A stretch of DNA of 64,000 nt, taken from NCBI GenBank assembly GCA_963771465.1, contig CAVYTU010000014.1, positions 928,001 through 992,000 of the forward strand. Reading direction: 5' to 3'. Numbering within the stretch: position 1 is the first letter of the stretch; each line of letters starts with the position of its first letter. Under the pieces are notes generated by a model that saw only the letters and a program-made list of their open reading frames with translations, was not told the origin of the DNA and made no database searches. A program made the translations under genes and the position numbers. The DNA comes from an uncultured delta proteobacterium. GTDB taxonomy: Bacteria; Desulfobacterota; Binatia; UBA9968. This document shows, in pieces, positions 11,244 to 22,329 of the stretch.

Positions 11244-11708
11244 CGTTCCGGGTCGGTCTCGCCGTTAGCACCATTGATGCACTCCTGCATCTCGGCGCTG
11301 GGCCCAGGGACAATCACCCGTTCTTGTTCACACCCGCCACGCCGGGAGAACGGCTCATTGACCCGAAATGTCTGTAGCACCGGCAGCGGTCCACAATCCC
11401 AGCCGAGTTTGGCGGTGCGTTGTGTGCGGTAATGTCAACTTTGGACCGGAGCGAATTCGGCGCAGCGAGTGCCGCGGGACAGTTGGCTGCAGCTGAGGAG
11501 GAATAAACCTATGGCATTCGCTGATTCACGGCTGGATATTTCGGGACTGGGTCAGCTAGCGGCTGCAATTGGGGCAATCCCTGCTTCAGAGGGGAAGAGA
11601 TCGATCTTACGCCTGCAGACAGTGGCCCGACCGCGAGTTACTAGCCGCAATGAGACTCAGACAGTTCCGACGTGCTGTGATATTCGTCCGGCCCGAACTC
11701 TACTCACC

Positions 11709-11897
11709 CTAAATTGGCAATTTATCGACGACCACGGCGGCCTCGTCTATCGCCTCATGTGCCGCATCGCCCGCGACAGGCACGATGGAAGTCACTGCGC
11801 CAACCACGCGCATCGGCACGGTGACTAATTTGGTGAGCACACAACCGGATAGCAGGATCGTCCCGATCAGCAAACATAACGCTCTGATGAATCGCAT
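11709..11897 (-). CDS. Small lipoprotein (DUF6726-like)
   Basis: LLSGC lipobox; TKLVTVPMRVVGAV..IVPVAG; GGAGG RBS. Confidence 0.7.
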   Translation of the reverse strand: MRFIRALCLLIGTILLSGCVLTKLVTVPMRVVGAVTSIVPVAGDAAHEAIDEAAVVVDKLPI

Positions 11898-12640
11898 AAT
11901 AGCCTCCTGAGTAAAACGCATATAGCTCAGTCAACGCTAGCACTGCAAACAAATCCACGACGACACGAGGATTGCAGATTCTCGTAGCACGTGTAAGTAG
12001 ACGAAATTACACTGCGCTGCAATATACAAAACGAATCCATCAGTATACGGAACCAGACGCTGAGGATTATTTTTTCCGCCTCCTCCGTATGCCAGCCGCT
12101 TTATTTTGACCCCGTTGATGCTTTGCTCGGATCGGAATCACTCGGCACTGAGCTGTGAGTGAAGCCAATTCTCTGAGAGCCCTCACCAGCTAACCATTCC
12201 AACCCCGGGTCATAGGTGTCATATCTCCTTGAATTCTTCATAAAGTATTACGCGCGTGACCCATGTGTCAGATTTAACAGCGTGAAGGCCGACAATGAGA
12301 AACCCGTCGTGGACAGGCGACTGGACCGACCCGACACGAGAATTGATGATGCTCTGCCCAGGGAAATCAGAATCACGGATGTGCACTTGATTTCGAGTGT
12401 CGTGAAGACTAGCAAGACGGACAACCACCAGCAAAAACCAACAGAAAATCCACGCCTCTCTCCCCTCTTCTCCGTCTGTGAGTGCTCCTTGTTGCTGAAG
12501 GAACGAGCACAAAACTAGCACAGCAGGGATCGCAGAGTCGCCCCTCGCCTTGCACGCGGTCTTTGCCGATACTAATATCGGCTGGGCGGTATACTCCAGT
12601 TAGGCGCACCGACGAACGTGAGTCGGAGATAACGGAAATG

Positions 12641-13436
12641 AATAAATCTGTCCCCATTTTCTGCTCACGGTAGATGACCGTGAATCTCCGCGCCATGACC
12701 TACAACATCCACAGTGGCTTTGGACGGCACGGCCACGACCTTCACACCATCCTTCGGGTAATCGAGGCCGAGCGGGTGGACCTCGTGGCGCTGCAGGAAG
12801 TCGATTTTGCGTTGCGTCGAAGCGGGTACGTCAACCAGGCCCAATGGCTCGCCGATCGTCTCAGTATGCACGCGATCATCGGCGGTACGCGTCGTCAAGG
12901 CCGTTACGGCAACGCGCTGCTCACGCGCTGGGCGACCACCTTCGTGATGAACCACAGTCTCACCGTGCGGCCGCATCCCGGACGGGCCTGCCTGGAGGCG
13001 CACCTTACCACCCCGAAGGGCACGCTTCGCTGTTACGTGACGCACCTGGGGCTGGTGCCTCAGGAGCGCATGGCCCAGGTGAAGCGGTTGACCCGGGAGA
13101 TCATCGTGGCGGATGGAGGCCATGAGCCGGCTCTCTTGATGGGTGATTTCAACACGGTGTCGCGAAGCCGCGTCTCACGCCTTCTACGGAGGCGCTTCAC
13201 CGACGCGTTCAAAGTCGCGGGGAACGGTCGGGCTGCGACCTTCCACGCACGGCTGCGAGGGATGCGGTTCGACTATATCTATGCCGCCGGTCTGACGCCG
13301 ATCGCCGCTCACGTGCTCGTGACACGCTGGTCCGTCAGGGCATCCGACCACCTTCCGCTCGTCGCGGTGTTGCGGGCCGATTTCGGCGGAAAGCACACCC
13401 CTGATCCTAACTTGAATTAATGGAGACAGATCTATT
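12641..13436. repeat. 18-bp imperfect inverted repeats bracketing the EEP gene
   Basis: aataaatctgtccccatt (12641-12658) and aatggagacagatctatt (13419-13436); 16/18 match in inverted orientation. Confidence 0.75.
12674..13420 (+). CDS. Endonuclease/exonuclease/phosphatase (EEP) family protein
   Basis: MTYNIH, ALQEVD, GNALL, THL, MGDFN, FDYI and SDHLP motifs. Confidence 0.92.
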   Translation: MTVNLRAMTYNIHSGFGRHGHDLHTILRVIEAERVDLVALQEVDFALRRSGYVNQAQWLADRLSMHAIIGGTRRQGRYGNALLTRWATTFVMNHSLTVRPHPGRACLEAHLTTPKGTLRCYVTHLGLVPQERMAQVKRLTREIIVADGGHEPALLMGDFNTVSRSRVSRLLRRRFTDAFKVAGNGRAATFHARLRGMRFDYIYAAGLTPIAAHVLVTRWSVRASDHLPLVAVLRADFGGKHTPDPNLN

Positions 13437-13543
13437 TTTCACAGACGCATCACAGTTTCGTTTTCACAACGATCCAAAGACTGTACATGGGGTTTTGAAA
13501 AAACTTCCGTAAGGGACAAAGATTGCGGTCGCACAAAGATTTT

Positions 13544-13630
13544 GGGGTCAAGTCTTAATCTTGATGTTTCTGGTTTTGTCCTCAAAAAAGATTTGGGGTC
13601 AAGTTGAACTAGCCCAGATTTGACGGACAC
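13544..13630. repeat. Two REP-like GGGGTCAAG motifs followed by an IS3-type terminal IR
   Basis: GGGGTCAAGTCTTAATCTTGATG at 13544; GGGGTCA at 13595 followed by AGT and then TGAACTAGCCCAGATTTGACGGACACC at 13605. Confidence 0.8.
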
Positions 13631-14015
13631 CGAGAAAGGGGTCGCCACCTAACGCTTGCGCTTTCGATGCCGGCGAATGAAATCGAGAACGATATCGTTA
13701 AAAATCTTTGGATGCTCCCAATAGATCGAATGACCGCATTCGGCGAGGGTAACGAGTTCACTCCGGTGGATGCACTTCGCAACTATCTGGTCATGATCGC
13801 AACAGAAGAGTTGAGATCTATGCTAGCTAGCCCCGATTTGACGGACACCGAGAAAGGGGTCGCCACCTAACGCTTGCGCTTTCGATGCCGGCGAATGAAA
13901 TCGAGAACGATATCGTTAAAGAGCTTTGGATGCTCCCAATAAATCGAATGGCCGCATTCGGCGACGGTAACGAGTTCGCTCCGGCGGATGCACTTCGCCA
14001 CCATCCGCATGATCG
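13610..14015. repeat. Tandem duplication of about 185 bp (IS3-like IR plus hydrolase 3' end)
   Basis: About 13610-13798 vs 13828-14015, with scattered substitutions. Confidence 0.9.
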
Positions 14016-14729
14016 ACGGCGGCGTTGAAGAATCCGCATCGCCGGTAACCAGCAGCGTCGGGACTTTCATCTTGTTCAGGACTTGCGGCGTAATAAAGTT
14101 GTTGTGCGCTTGTTGGACGCCCTGGTGCTTGGTGGCGTCGTCGGCCAGCTTGTCCCAGGCTTTAAGGCCTCTCGGGTTGGCCGCAATATACGAGCAACTG
14201 AATTCCCGATACCAGCGCGGCATCTCGTTCCACTGTTTAACCCGGACGACTCGGCCATCTTCAAAATATTACCCTTGCGGATACCGGCATAGTTGCTGGT
14301 GATCGCCAAGCTTAAAGTCCTTTTGGGATAGGAAAGCGCAAAGTCCGCAGCAATGCTGCCGCCGGCGGCGCTGCTGACGATATGAGCCTTTTCGATGGAC
14401 AACGCGTCGAGCAGGCCGTTGAGGTCATCGGCGGCCGAGTGCTTGTCGCCTTTGCGCAATTTGTCGGACTTGTAGTAGCCGCGCCGGGCATAACTGATCA
14501 CCCGATAGCCGGCCTTGGCAAAGACCGGTTGCTGGTAAGCCCAAACCTTGGGATCACCTGTCGCGGCCGGATGCAGAAAGACCACAGCCTCGCCCTCGCC
14601 GCCGGTGTCGGCGTAGAAAATCTTCCTGCCCGGCAGCTTGGCCAGGGCACGTTTGGCCGGCACCTGCTTGGGCAGGGGTATGGGATTCATTGGATTGGCG
14701 GCGTTATTGCGGACAAAGCGTTCGCTCAT
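13867..14729 (-). pseudogene. Alpha/beta hydrolase, frameshift near 14240
   Basis: VVFLHP, GYRVISYARRGY, nucleophile elbow VSSAAGG, PTLLVTGDAD, ECGHSIYWEHP. Confidence 0.85.
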
Positions 14730-14952
14730 CGGATACTCCTTAGTTTCATTGCGGGATTCATGTTCTGTGGTAGGGGTGCGGGCGGCGTCACGTACCGTTG
14801 CAGTTTCGTTGAATCGCCCTATTTGACTGGCCGGTAGCCGCTGCACTTTTTGGGCTAGAAATTGCACAGATCGCGATTTGAGGTCAAGTCTTCAAGATAC
14901 GACCCCGCTGGTAACTCGCGAACCGCTACCATCTTTGTTTGTGTAGCTCCGG

Positions 14953-15264
14953 CTAGCGGCTATCGCGGCGCCGGTTGAGCTTTGCGTCCGCACGTTGACG
15001 GCTAATCTCTTCACTTCCCAACGGATCGTAATCGCAGGGCCCGTAGAGGAATATTATATCGCCATCGGTCGAATCTTTGAGCCGGGGCTGCGACGAAAAC
15101 AATGTGTCCTCGCGAATCGCTGGAAACCATAAGCGGCAGTAGTTGGTGTCCGCGACCGGAACCCTGCGAACAACCTCGTCCGCGTCGACGGCGGGTGCAC
15201 TAAAGCACCCGGCAATGCTTGCAGCCATGACGAAGCCGCCTATTTTCATCTTTTTTGTAGCCAT
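14953..15264 (-). CDS. Secreted hypothetical protein
   Basis: Signal-like N-terminus; NYCRLWFPAIREDTL..GDIIFLYGPCDYDPLG. Confidence 0.65.
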   Translation of the reverse strand: MATKKMKIGGFVMAASIAGCFSAPAVDADEVVRRVPVADTNYCRLWFPAIREDTLFSSQPRLKDSTDGDIIFLYGPCDYDPLGSEEISRQRADAKLNRRRDSR

Positions 15265-15668
15265 GTTTTTCCGAGAACGCGGCGTAATCTTCGGGCTTGT
15301 CGAAAAGTCGGCTGCGCCCATGACGGAGATGGATGTATGCGTTGCTCTATGCCTAGACAAGCACGCATTGCTCCCGGTGAAATAATTTATCACGCTCTTT
15401 ACCGCGCCTCTGCAATCACACATTCCCGCTTCGCTCCTTCATCCGTTTGCGGCGTCGTCTCACGTCGGATGATCCCCGCGCTGACCCTGCGGATTATAAT
15501 CGACTATTGCTATTATATCGAGACAGGACCTGTTATCCCGACCGGGCTGCGGGTCGGACCTGGGCAACTTCTCGCACGCGTGAAGGAGCTTGGCGATATG
15601 AGATCTTATAGGAGCATACATTTGAAACCCTAGAAACTCGATGCGACAACAAAACAAAGCGTTTTCAT

Positions 15669-16934
15669 TCAACGACGCGCTTGGAAGTATTTGAGTACGT
15701 ATTCTTTATTTTCCGGATACCATAGGTTGCCGAGATGTCCGCCGCGTGGATAAAGCATCACTTGGTCGCCCAGGGCTTCTTTGAGCGCTTCAATGGACGA
15801 TTTCTCGGCGAAGAAATCATCGGCGTTGTGAATGATGTGCACTTTAGGATTATCACGCAACCGATCGTAGATGCTCGCCAATGACCCATGTTGAACGAAC
15901 CTTTGCGGTTCCGCCTGCAAATCTCCTTTTTGCCTTCGCCATAGGGGGAGAGCGATTTTTCGGTCATAGTCATTGAACGTAAAGCTCTTAGCTTCCTCCA
16001 GCCGTTTTCTCTTGTCATTTTTCGCGGCGGTAAGCACTCTCTGGTCGTTAATGACCTGGGTGACGTAGATCAGCTCGGCGAGCTGGCTCTGTAGGTTTTC
16101 GGCGAATAGGAATTGCATGTCTTCTCTCTTGAAAGCAGCGAATTTTTTCGCTAATTGCTCGAAGACCTCGGGATCGTCCCGCTTTGCCTTGGCAAACGAA
16201 TCGATGATGGCAAGCGCATTCGATACGATTTGCAGAGACTTCTCCTTGCCTAATTTTCTGTCCAACGCTTTCCATTCATCGATTTTACTGACGGCGTAAG
16301 CGAGATCGACGGGTGGGTTTACGAGCAGATATTTGGCGATGCCGATCTTGCCTTCGTCGGCGTCGATGACGCTCAAATGCGCGCCTTCAAGGGCGCCTAA
16401 ACTGACCCCCATGAAATTGATCGCCGTGGTTTTGACGTTGTGTCGATCGCGCAAGAGCTTAAGGGTTTTTTGCATCACTTCGTAGAGATCGCGAGCGTCG
16501 TCCGGCGCGTAACCAGGTGCGCCGCTGCGACTCGCCGATAACGCGAAGTTCCAGCTCATCGGCGAGGGTAAAACCACCACGTGGGAACCCTCTCGATGGA
16601 ACAGGTTCGCCAAATACGGCGCGATCCCGAAGTAGGGACTCGAGCCAAGGCCGGGAAGAATGAAAAGCAGCGGCGCCGCGCGGTTTTGGCGATAAAGCGC
16701 CAGACTCACGTCGCCGCGTCCTTGGAGAGAAGGCAGATTATTTCTGCCGCGAAGTCCCGGCACACGGACGATGGTCGATTGGGCGGCCGACGTCGCGCCG
16801 TCGTCGCTCAAGATCGCGAGAGTGGCGGTTGCCAAGTAGGGATCGGGATAAGGGTACCTATAGTCTGCCGGTTCGATTGCTCGGGCCGACGTCGCCCACA
16901 GGGCGACAAGAATGAGAGCGAGATAAAAGCGCAT
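15669..16934 (-). CDS. Secreted alpha/beta-fold hydrolase
   Basis: Signal peptide; GVSLG nucleophile motif, HNADDF, GGHLGN. Confidence 0.82.
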   Translation of the reverse strand: MRFYLALILVALWATSARAIEPADYRYPYPDPYLATATLAILSDDGATSAAQSTIVRVPGLRGRNNLPSLQGRGDVSLALYRQNRAAPLLFILPGLGSSPYFGIAPYLANLFHREGSHVVVLPSPMSWNFALSASRSGAPGYAPDDARDLYEVMQKTLKLLRDRHNVKTTAINFMGVSLGALEGAHLSVIDADEGKIGIAKYLLVNPPVDLAYAVSKIDEWKALDRKLGKEKSLQIVSNALAIIDSFAKAKRDDPEVFEQLAKKFAAFKREDMQFLFAENLQSQLAELIYVTQVINDQRVLTAAKNDKRKRLEEAKSFTFNDYDRKIALPLWRRQKGDLQAEPQRFVQHGSLASIYDRLRDNPKVHIIHNADDFFAEKSSIEALKEALGDQVMLYPRGGHLGNLWYPENKEYVLKYFQARR

Positions 16935-17556
16935 ACTAAAACTCCTGTTGACTCGATGGATGCAGGCAATCCAGACGTTAAAGTTATTTTCATGGTATTG
17001 TCGGATCTATTCAAAAAGGAGACGGTCGGATTTCCTTCTTGCTCTGTATGCTAAAACTTTTACCTCGGCGCTGCTAGCCATTTTTTTGGGAAGTTTTCCC
17101 TGGGGTCAGGACTGGAATGCCGCCAGGGACTTGCAAATCCCAATTAGAGCTCGCATCTGATGGCAGCGGTAATGAAGCGGTGACGTTAAACCGTCGGTTC
17201 AACAAGAGCGATATGAGGTCAGCTCATCGTGACCCTCCTTTGCTCCTCTCTGGAAATCGGAGCAAGTCTAGAGTTCTATAGATTTTCACCTTCGAACAAA
17301 TCGTGACACAGACAAAATACCGGAATCAACGATTCAACTCCGGACCCGACCCCTTTCTTCTGACTCGGATTCTTATCTCCGGTCTTTTCTCGGAGCGCAA
17401 ACACGGCAACCGGTTAAACGGAATGGAAGTCGGTTTTCTGCGCGCGATGGGTTAGAGGAAAGCCTCACAACTGTCAACAAAAGACTTGAACCGATTCCTT
17501 CACACTTGCTCCGGTGGGGGATCAAGGATTGACAATTGTGCTTGCCCGGCGACGCT

Positions 17557-18813
17557 TTATTTTTCCATCGCCGCCAGCATCGCGTCTTTTTCAGCGCGTA
17601 TTCTGGGGTGATAACAGTCGACCGGCTGTGTGCCGATGAGTCCGACACAGGCGTTGCAATCCACGCACCGCGGTCCCGAGGTTCCATCGTGCAAGTGGCG
17701 ATACAGCAGCGGATCGGCGATAAACCCGCGGCCGACGGAAACCGCGTCGCACAGACTTTGTTCGATGGCGGACTGCATTGCTTCCCGGCTAAGAAACCCG
17801 CCGACGCATATGACCGGAATGGATAGGGCTTGTTTGAATTGGCGCGCGTAATGAAGGTTGAAGCCTTCACGACCTTTAAAGAGAAGATTGAACACAAGCG
17901 CCATCAACGGCCAGAACAAATTGAAGGCCATCCTGCGCCACAACGACAGATGGCGCACACCGCCCGACAGCGTATTGCGCAAACAGCGGCCGAAGGTGCC
18001 ACGCACCATTGGAAAGCCGGACTCGTACTGGCCGACGGATACCTCGACGGCATCGATGCCTTCCTGCTCCATCGCCTTGGCGATCTTAACCAGCTCGGGC
18101 GTTTTCAAACCGGGCCGCAGCGGCAGGTAATCGGAACCGTTGAGCTTAATGATCACCGGGTAGTCCTTGCCGACACGCCCGCGCATCGCGCGATATAAAT
18201 CGCGCAGGAATCGCAAGCGCTTCTCGAACGAGCCCCCGTAGTCGTCGGTGCGTTTGTTGGTGTACGGCGTGAGGAACTGATTGACCAGATAGCCGTGTCC
18301 GGCGTGAATCTGCACGCCGTCGAAGCCGGCCTCCTTGCAGCGGGCAGCGGCGTCAGCGAACTGTTGCACGATGCGTTCGATTTCCGCCACGGTCAACGCA
18401 CGCGGTCGCGTGCCGGTTGACAAGTCTTTGACGCTCGACGCGGACAATGCCTCGGGTAATCCGGCGAAGCCAGGAATAACCTGGCGTCCACTATGATTCA
18501 GCTGCGCGAAGATCTTGGTGCCGTGCACATGCATTGACTCGACCAGCTGCTTGAGCGCCGGAATTTTACTGTCGTCATCTACGCCCATTTGCAATGGCGT
18601 GGATCTGCCGTCAAGACTGGGATAGACATTCCCGGTAATGATGAGTGGCACGCCGCCTTTGGCCATCGGCAGGTAGAAGTCAATATGCTGCTGCGTGGCA
18701 AAGCCATCCGCCGTGGCGCGGGTTTCCGAGGTCGCGGTCTTAATGATCCGTCCATTAATCGAGAGCTTGCCGATGGCGAGGGGTGTAAAAAGAATGCTTT
18801 CGTTCGGTGACAT
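17557..18813 (-). CDS. NADH:flavin oxidoreductase (Old Yellow Enzyme family)
   Basis: AQLNHSG, AGFDGVQIHAGHGYLVNQFLTP, NKRTDDYGGS; C-terminal CVDCNAC. Confidence 0.92.
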   Translation of the reverse strand: MSPNESILFTPLAIGKLSINGRIIKTATSETRATADGFATQQHIDFYLPMAKGGVPLIITGNVYPSLDGRSTPLQMGVDDDSKIPALKQLVESMHVHGTKIFAQLNHSGRQVIPGFAGLPEALSASSVKDLSTGTRPRALTVAEIERIVQQFADAAARCKEAGFDGVQIHAGHGYLVNQFLTPYTNKRTDDYGGSFEKRLRFLRDLYRAMRGRVGKDYPVIIKLNGSDYLPLRPGLKTPELVKIAKAMEQEGIDAVEVSVGQYESGFPMVRGTFGRCLRNTLSGGVRHLSLWRRMAFNLFWPLMALVFNLLFKGREGFNLHYARQFKQALSIPVICVGGFLSREAMQSAIEQSLCDAVSVGRGFIADPLLYRHLHDGTSGPRCVDCNACVGLIGTQPVDCYHPRIRAEKDAMLAAMEK

Positions 18814-18904
18814 AACGGACCTCCGTAGTATCGCACGCCAGCGATTAAGCTTACATCAGCCCGGGCTGTACGCGCCATACAGGAAAAGGCGGCAGGGTCC
18901 TTCT

Positions 18905-18988
18905 GGCCTTTCTTGCTTTTTGTTTCGTTCATCCTCCACAGGCACTTTTGAATTCAACTCCAAGACTCCTTGCTCGCGATCGCCGCGT
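18905..18988. repeat. MetE-like 3'-end repeat, short copy
   Basis: ctttcttgctttttgtttcgttcatc..cacttttgaattcaactcc..gcgatcgccgcg. Confidence 0.85.
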
Positions 18989-19020
18989 CCTAAGTCGATC
19001 CAAAAGCAAAACTAAAGATG

Positions 19021-19420
19021 TGAGTAGCCGGGATTTGACGGACACCAAACAAGGGCTTAACAGTTCGGGTGAGGCGTTCGATAGAAAAGCAGAAGCAATT
19101 TAGCGCTGAGTTTAAACGAGTAGCCGTACGACTAGTGGAAAGTTTATCGGTGGGGTGAAAATGGAAGAGGGTGTCACAATTGCCAAGGTGCCGGATTGAA
19201 TGAAACTCAAGCCGAGATGATGCGGCATCTGATCAGGGAGCACGAGAAGCTTGGGCGCACCCTGACCGAAGAAGAGACAGTCACGTTGCTACGCAGCTTG
19301 GGATTCGAAATCAGTGAGCCGAAGTGATGAGGAACAAAGTCGGCTCTGGGGTCAGGTCTGCAATCACACATTCCCGCTTCGCTCCTTCATCCGTTCACCG
19401 TCGGATGCGCCGCGATCTCG
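19021..19420 (+). mobile_element. Composite remnant: IS3 left end and orfA stub, short ORF, REP-like motif (copy A)
   Basis: IR TGAGTAGCCGGGATTTGACGGACACC; KQKQFSAEFKRVAVRLVE; GGGGTCAGGTCTGCAATCACACATT at 19348. Duplicated at 33878-34290. Confidence 0.8.
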
Positions 19421-19472
19421 TGGAGCCGTTAGCCTGAAACCGATAGCGGCTGTCGGTGTCCGGCCTTATTTA

Positions 19473-19952
19473 TCACAACTTAGCCGCCGCCTCTTTCTCC
19501 TCCTCCGTAGCCTCACGCCCGGGCCTCGGTCCGCGACCATTTTGCGCGTCGGTGTACGGAGCGAAGTTCACACGGTGAACATCCTTGATCGAAGAGTCTC
19601 GGCTGGTGATGTGGTAAATCTCCAGGGGCTCTTCCTCTGTGTTATCGAACCAGTAAGGAACTCCTTTGGGTATGGCGACACCTTCGCCGGGCCCAAGCTC
19701 AGCGACCAGGACATCGTTCATACCGTAAAATCTCGCCCTTCCCTTCAGCACAATCCAGATCGACTCTACATCGGGATGCGCGTGGAGATTGTTCTCGCCG
19801 CCGTCCTTGTTGACTCTCATTAGGCCAACGGCGAGGTTTCCAGAACGCAAACGGAACGGGCTGCTCCACTTGCCTCTGCTCGGGTCTGACGCCACGTCTA
19901 TTGGTTGCTGCCGTGCTACGGTAATACCTGCTACCTTGTTCGGCTGTGTCAT
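19473..19952 (-). CDS. Cupin domain protein
   Basis: GGENNLHAHPDVESIWIVLKG..IPKGVPYWF. Confidence 0.85.
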   Translation of the reverse strand: MTQPNKVAGITVARQQPIDVASDPSRGKWSSPFRLRSGNLAVGLMRVNKDGGENNLHAHPDVESIWIVLKGRARFYGMNDVLVAELGPGEGVAIPKGVPYWFDNTEEEPLEIYHITSRDSSIKDVHRVNFAPYTDAQNGRGPRPGREATEEEKEAAAKL

Positions 19953-20004
19953 TTCCGTTTACGCCTCCTTGATACCATGCTATCGGACGCTCGTGACTCC
20001 CGAC

Positions 20005-21126
20005 TTAATGCTTTTCGGCTTTTGGAAAGCCGTAAGCCCCCGCAACCTTCGAGGTGTATTCGTCGAGCTTTGTATAGTGGTTCCAATCGACCAGGGAGAG
20101 TGTCTTTCCTTTGGTCTCTTGCGCTTGAACCGAATTGGGCAACAGTACGGACGCGCCATAAGGCCAGTGTTCATCCAGTAACTTTTGTCCTTCGGGCGAT
20201 GCCTGAAACTCCAGCCATAAAAGGGCGGCATAAGGATTTCTGGCCGCGGCCAGGACGCCGTCGGTAAGATGCAGCCTGCCCACAACCGGCTCCAAAAACT
20301 TATATCCGAGCACCTTGAGGCGGTCTTTTGCCTGCGCTCTCTTCACCGCTCCGAAGTTGGTCCCGATAAACATGGGAATCTCTCCGGCCTGAACGGAAGC
20401 AATCACGATGGAATGGCCTCTTGCCCAGGCAGGCTCCTGTGCTGCGATCTTCTTGGCAAAGTCGAGAGTCTTCTCAAGGCCCCATGCAGGGACCAGCGCC
20501 GCAACCCCTACGGGCCGAATATCCGAGGCGAACTTCTTCCCTTTGAACTCGGGCCGCAAAAGATCCTCCCACTTCACGGGGACCTTTTCGGGAGGGATCA
20601 ACTTGTTGTTGTAGGCCAGCACATGGAGATTGCTGCTAAGCGCCACGACGTGGCGGTAAATGGGATCGACCATCGGCGGAGGGATACTCAGCACCTTGTG
20701 CTGGGCCATGCCCAGAATGTCGAACTTCTTCTGGTGCGGCAGGTACTCATCGTATAACTCGGTCCAGAGGCGATTGGCATCCCAGTCCTTTACGATGCCG
20801 GCCTTGATCTCCAGGAGAAAGCGTTGCGCCGCTTCAACCGATCCTCCTTGCTCCTCCACATGGACGTCGAGAAAGGGGTACTTCGCCTTGAAGGCGCGAG
20901 CCATCGCGTCAAGCATCTTCCCGGACAGGAAGCTTATAGCTCGCATCCTGCCCTCTTTTTTGGCTGCGGCCACGATCTGGTCGTGGCTCGTCGCGAAAAC
21001 ATATCCCTTGGTTTCGGCCTCCTGTTTGGCTTTAAGCAACTCCGGACTCGCAGCGTCGCCATATCCAGCAAAAGCCGTGAGCCACAGCCCCAGGGCCAAA
21101 GCGAAATTTCTCGAAATCGCTTTCAT
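20005..21126 (-). CDS. ABC extracellular solute-binding protein (KGY..AKKEG paralog family)
   Basis: Signal peptide after GGAGG RBS; motifs shared with the 7999 and 31611 paralogs. Confidence 0.88.
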   Translation of the reverse strand: MKAISRNFALALGLWLTAFAGYGDAASPELLKAKQEAETKGYVFATSHDQIVAAAKKEGRMRAISFLSGKMLDAMARAFKAKYPFLDVHVEEQGGSVEAAQRFLLEIKAGIVKDWDANRLWTELYDEYLPHQKKFDILGMAQHKVLSIPPPMVDPIYRHVVALSSNLHVLAYNNKLIPPEKVPVKWEDLLRPEFKGKKFASDIRPVGVAALVPAWGLEKTLDFAKKIAAQEPAWARGHSIVIASVQAGEIPMFIGTNFGAVKRAQAKDRLKVLGYKFLEPVVGRLHLTDGVLAAARNPYAALLWLEFQASPEGQKLLDEHWPYGASVLLPNSVQAQETKGKTLSLVDWNHYTKLDEYTSKVAGAYGFPKAEKH

Positions 21127-21423
21127 ACGCCCGTTACCTCCCAAAAAGTGTTCAAACCTGCGGTATGCAAAATCTTTAACACAATAATTCCGGCAAGGAC
21201 AAACGAGTTCAGTTCTAAGCAACGGCAAACCAAGGGTTCAGGCGTCAGGCTTGCCTAAGTCTACTAACTTTCTAGCAGTGCCGGTATTCTCGCTAGGCAA
21301 AAATCTTCTGGCGCGTGACGATGCCGCGCGCCGATGCGGCCGACTCCTTCGGTCACGCGACTACTAACACCAGGAGGGATGAATGAATAGGCGTTCTTGC
21401 AAAGAAATCACCGGGAAGCCGGT

Positions 21424-22329
21424 CTAGCGGTGAACCGCTTGTTCGAAGCAAACACCCGCTTCCGACGCAACGTCGAAAAGCTCCCGCGCGTGCATCCAGG
21501 CCTGTGTCTTTTCGAACATCTCTCGTGTGTAAGGCTGCGGCACGACCCGTTCGCCGATCCCGAATCGCCGAACATCGACTTGGTCGCGAAACCGCTCGGG
21601 AATCTCGTTGATGAAGTGGCGCTTGTAGCGCTCCGGTTCGACGTCGATATCCGCTTGCGCTCTGATGAGGGCGCGCATGTAGCGTTCGACGTCTAGCGAA
21701 TCCACATCGCGATGAAACATGAAGGCCATCATGAACGTCGTCGAGACGATTCTCCGAAAGCTGTGCTGTTCCAAAAGATAGAGTTGCGGTCCCCAGACGT
21801 TTACCGCCGGTGTCTTCCGCGCTAAAGCTGCATCGACGCGCGACCAGGAAGTGCCGACAAATTTGAGCGCGATGTCTGCGCGCGTCAGAAACACCTCCAT
21901 CGCCTGCAGCGCGGAGTAGTGACTGCCCGAGTGGTATCCGACCGCGATGTCCGTCCGAGCGAGGTCAGCGGGCTCGAAAACACTCGAATCACCCGGCACG
22001 ACGATGGCCGCCTCACAGACGCTATAAGCCTTGCCCCACATAATCCCTTCTTCCACTTTCGCCGACTGGTTTACCGTCCAATGACAGGCACAACTTACGT
22101 CGCCCGCGCCTTCTCCTTTACGTCCGTGCCCCTCCGCGTACCGTTCGAACGCACCAAAGCGGTTATCCTCGAGCGCGGCCGGCGAATCGCCGGTCGCGAG
22201 CCGGGGCGTGTTCTTGCGGCTTCCTTCCACATTGAGTTCGTAGTCGAGACCTTCCGCAGCAAAATAACCTTTTTCTTCGGCAACCCAATCGTTGAGCCTG
22301 CCGTGCGGCTGAATGATGAATTTCGCCAT
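21424..22329 (-). CDS. NMT1/TauA-like substrate-binding protein, no signal peptide
   Basis: WVAEEKGYFAAEGLDY, DVSCACHW, VGYHSGSHYS. Confidence 0.75.
   Translation of the reverse strand: MAKFIIQPHGRLNDWVAEEKGYFAAEGLDYELNVEGSRKNTPRLATGDSPAALEDNRFGAFERYAEGHGRKGEGAGDVSCACHWTVNQSAKVEEGIMWGKAYSVCEAAIVVPGDSSVFEPADLARTDIAVGYHSGSHYSALQAMEVFLTRADIALKFVGTSWSRVDAALARKTPAVNVWGPQLYLLEQHSFRRIVSTTFMMAFMFHRDVDSLDVERYMRALIRAQADIDVEPERYKRHFINEIPERFRDQVDVRRFGIGERVVPQPYTREMFEKTQAWMHARELFDVASEAGVCFEQAVHR

Noticed and set aside
12216-12521. Overlapping 100-aa ORFs on both strands
   Set aside because: No recognisable motifs or convincing start on either strand.
13610-14015. Template/variable repeat pair of a diversity-generating retroelement
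   Set aside because: Mismatches are not adenine-specific (G/C, T/C and T/G also occur), and no reverse transcriptase is in the window.
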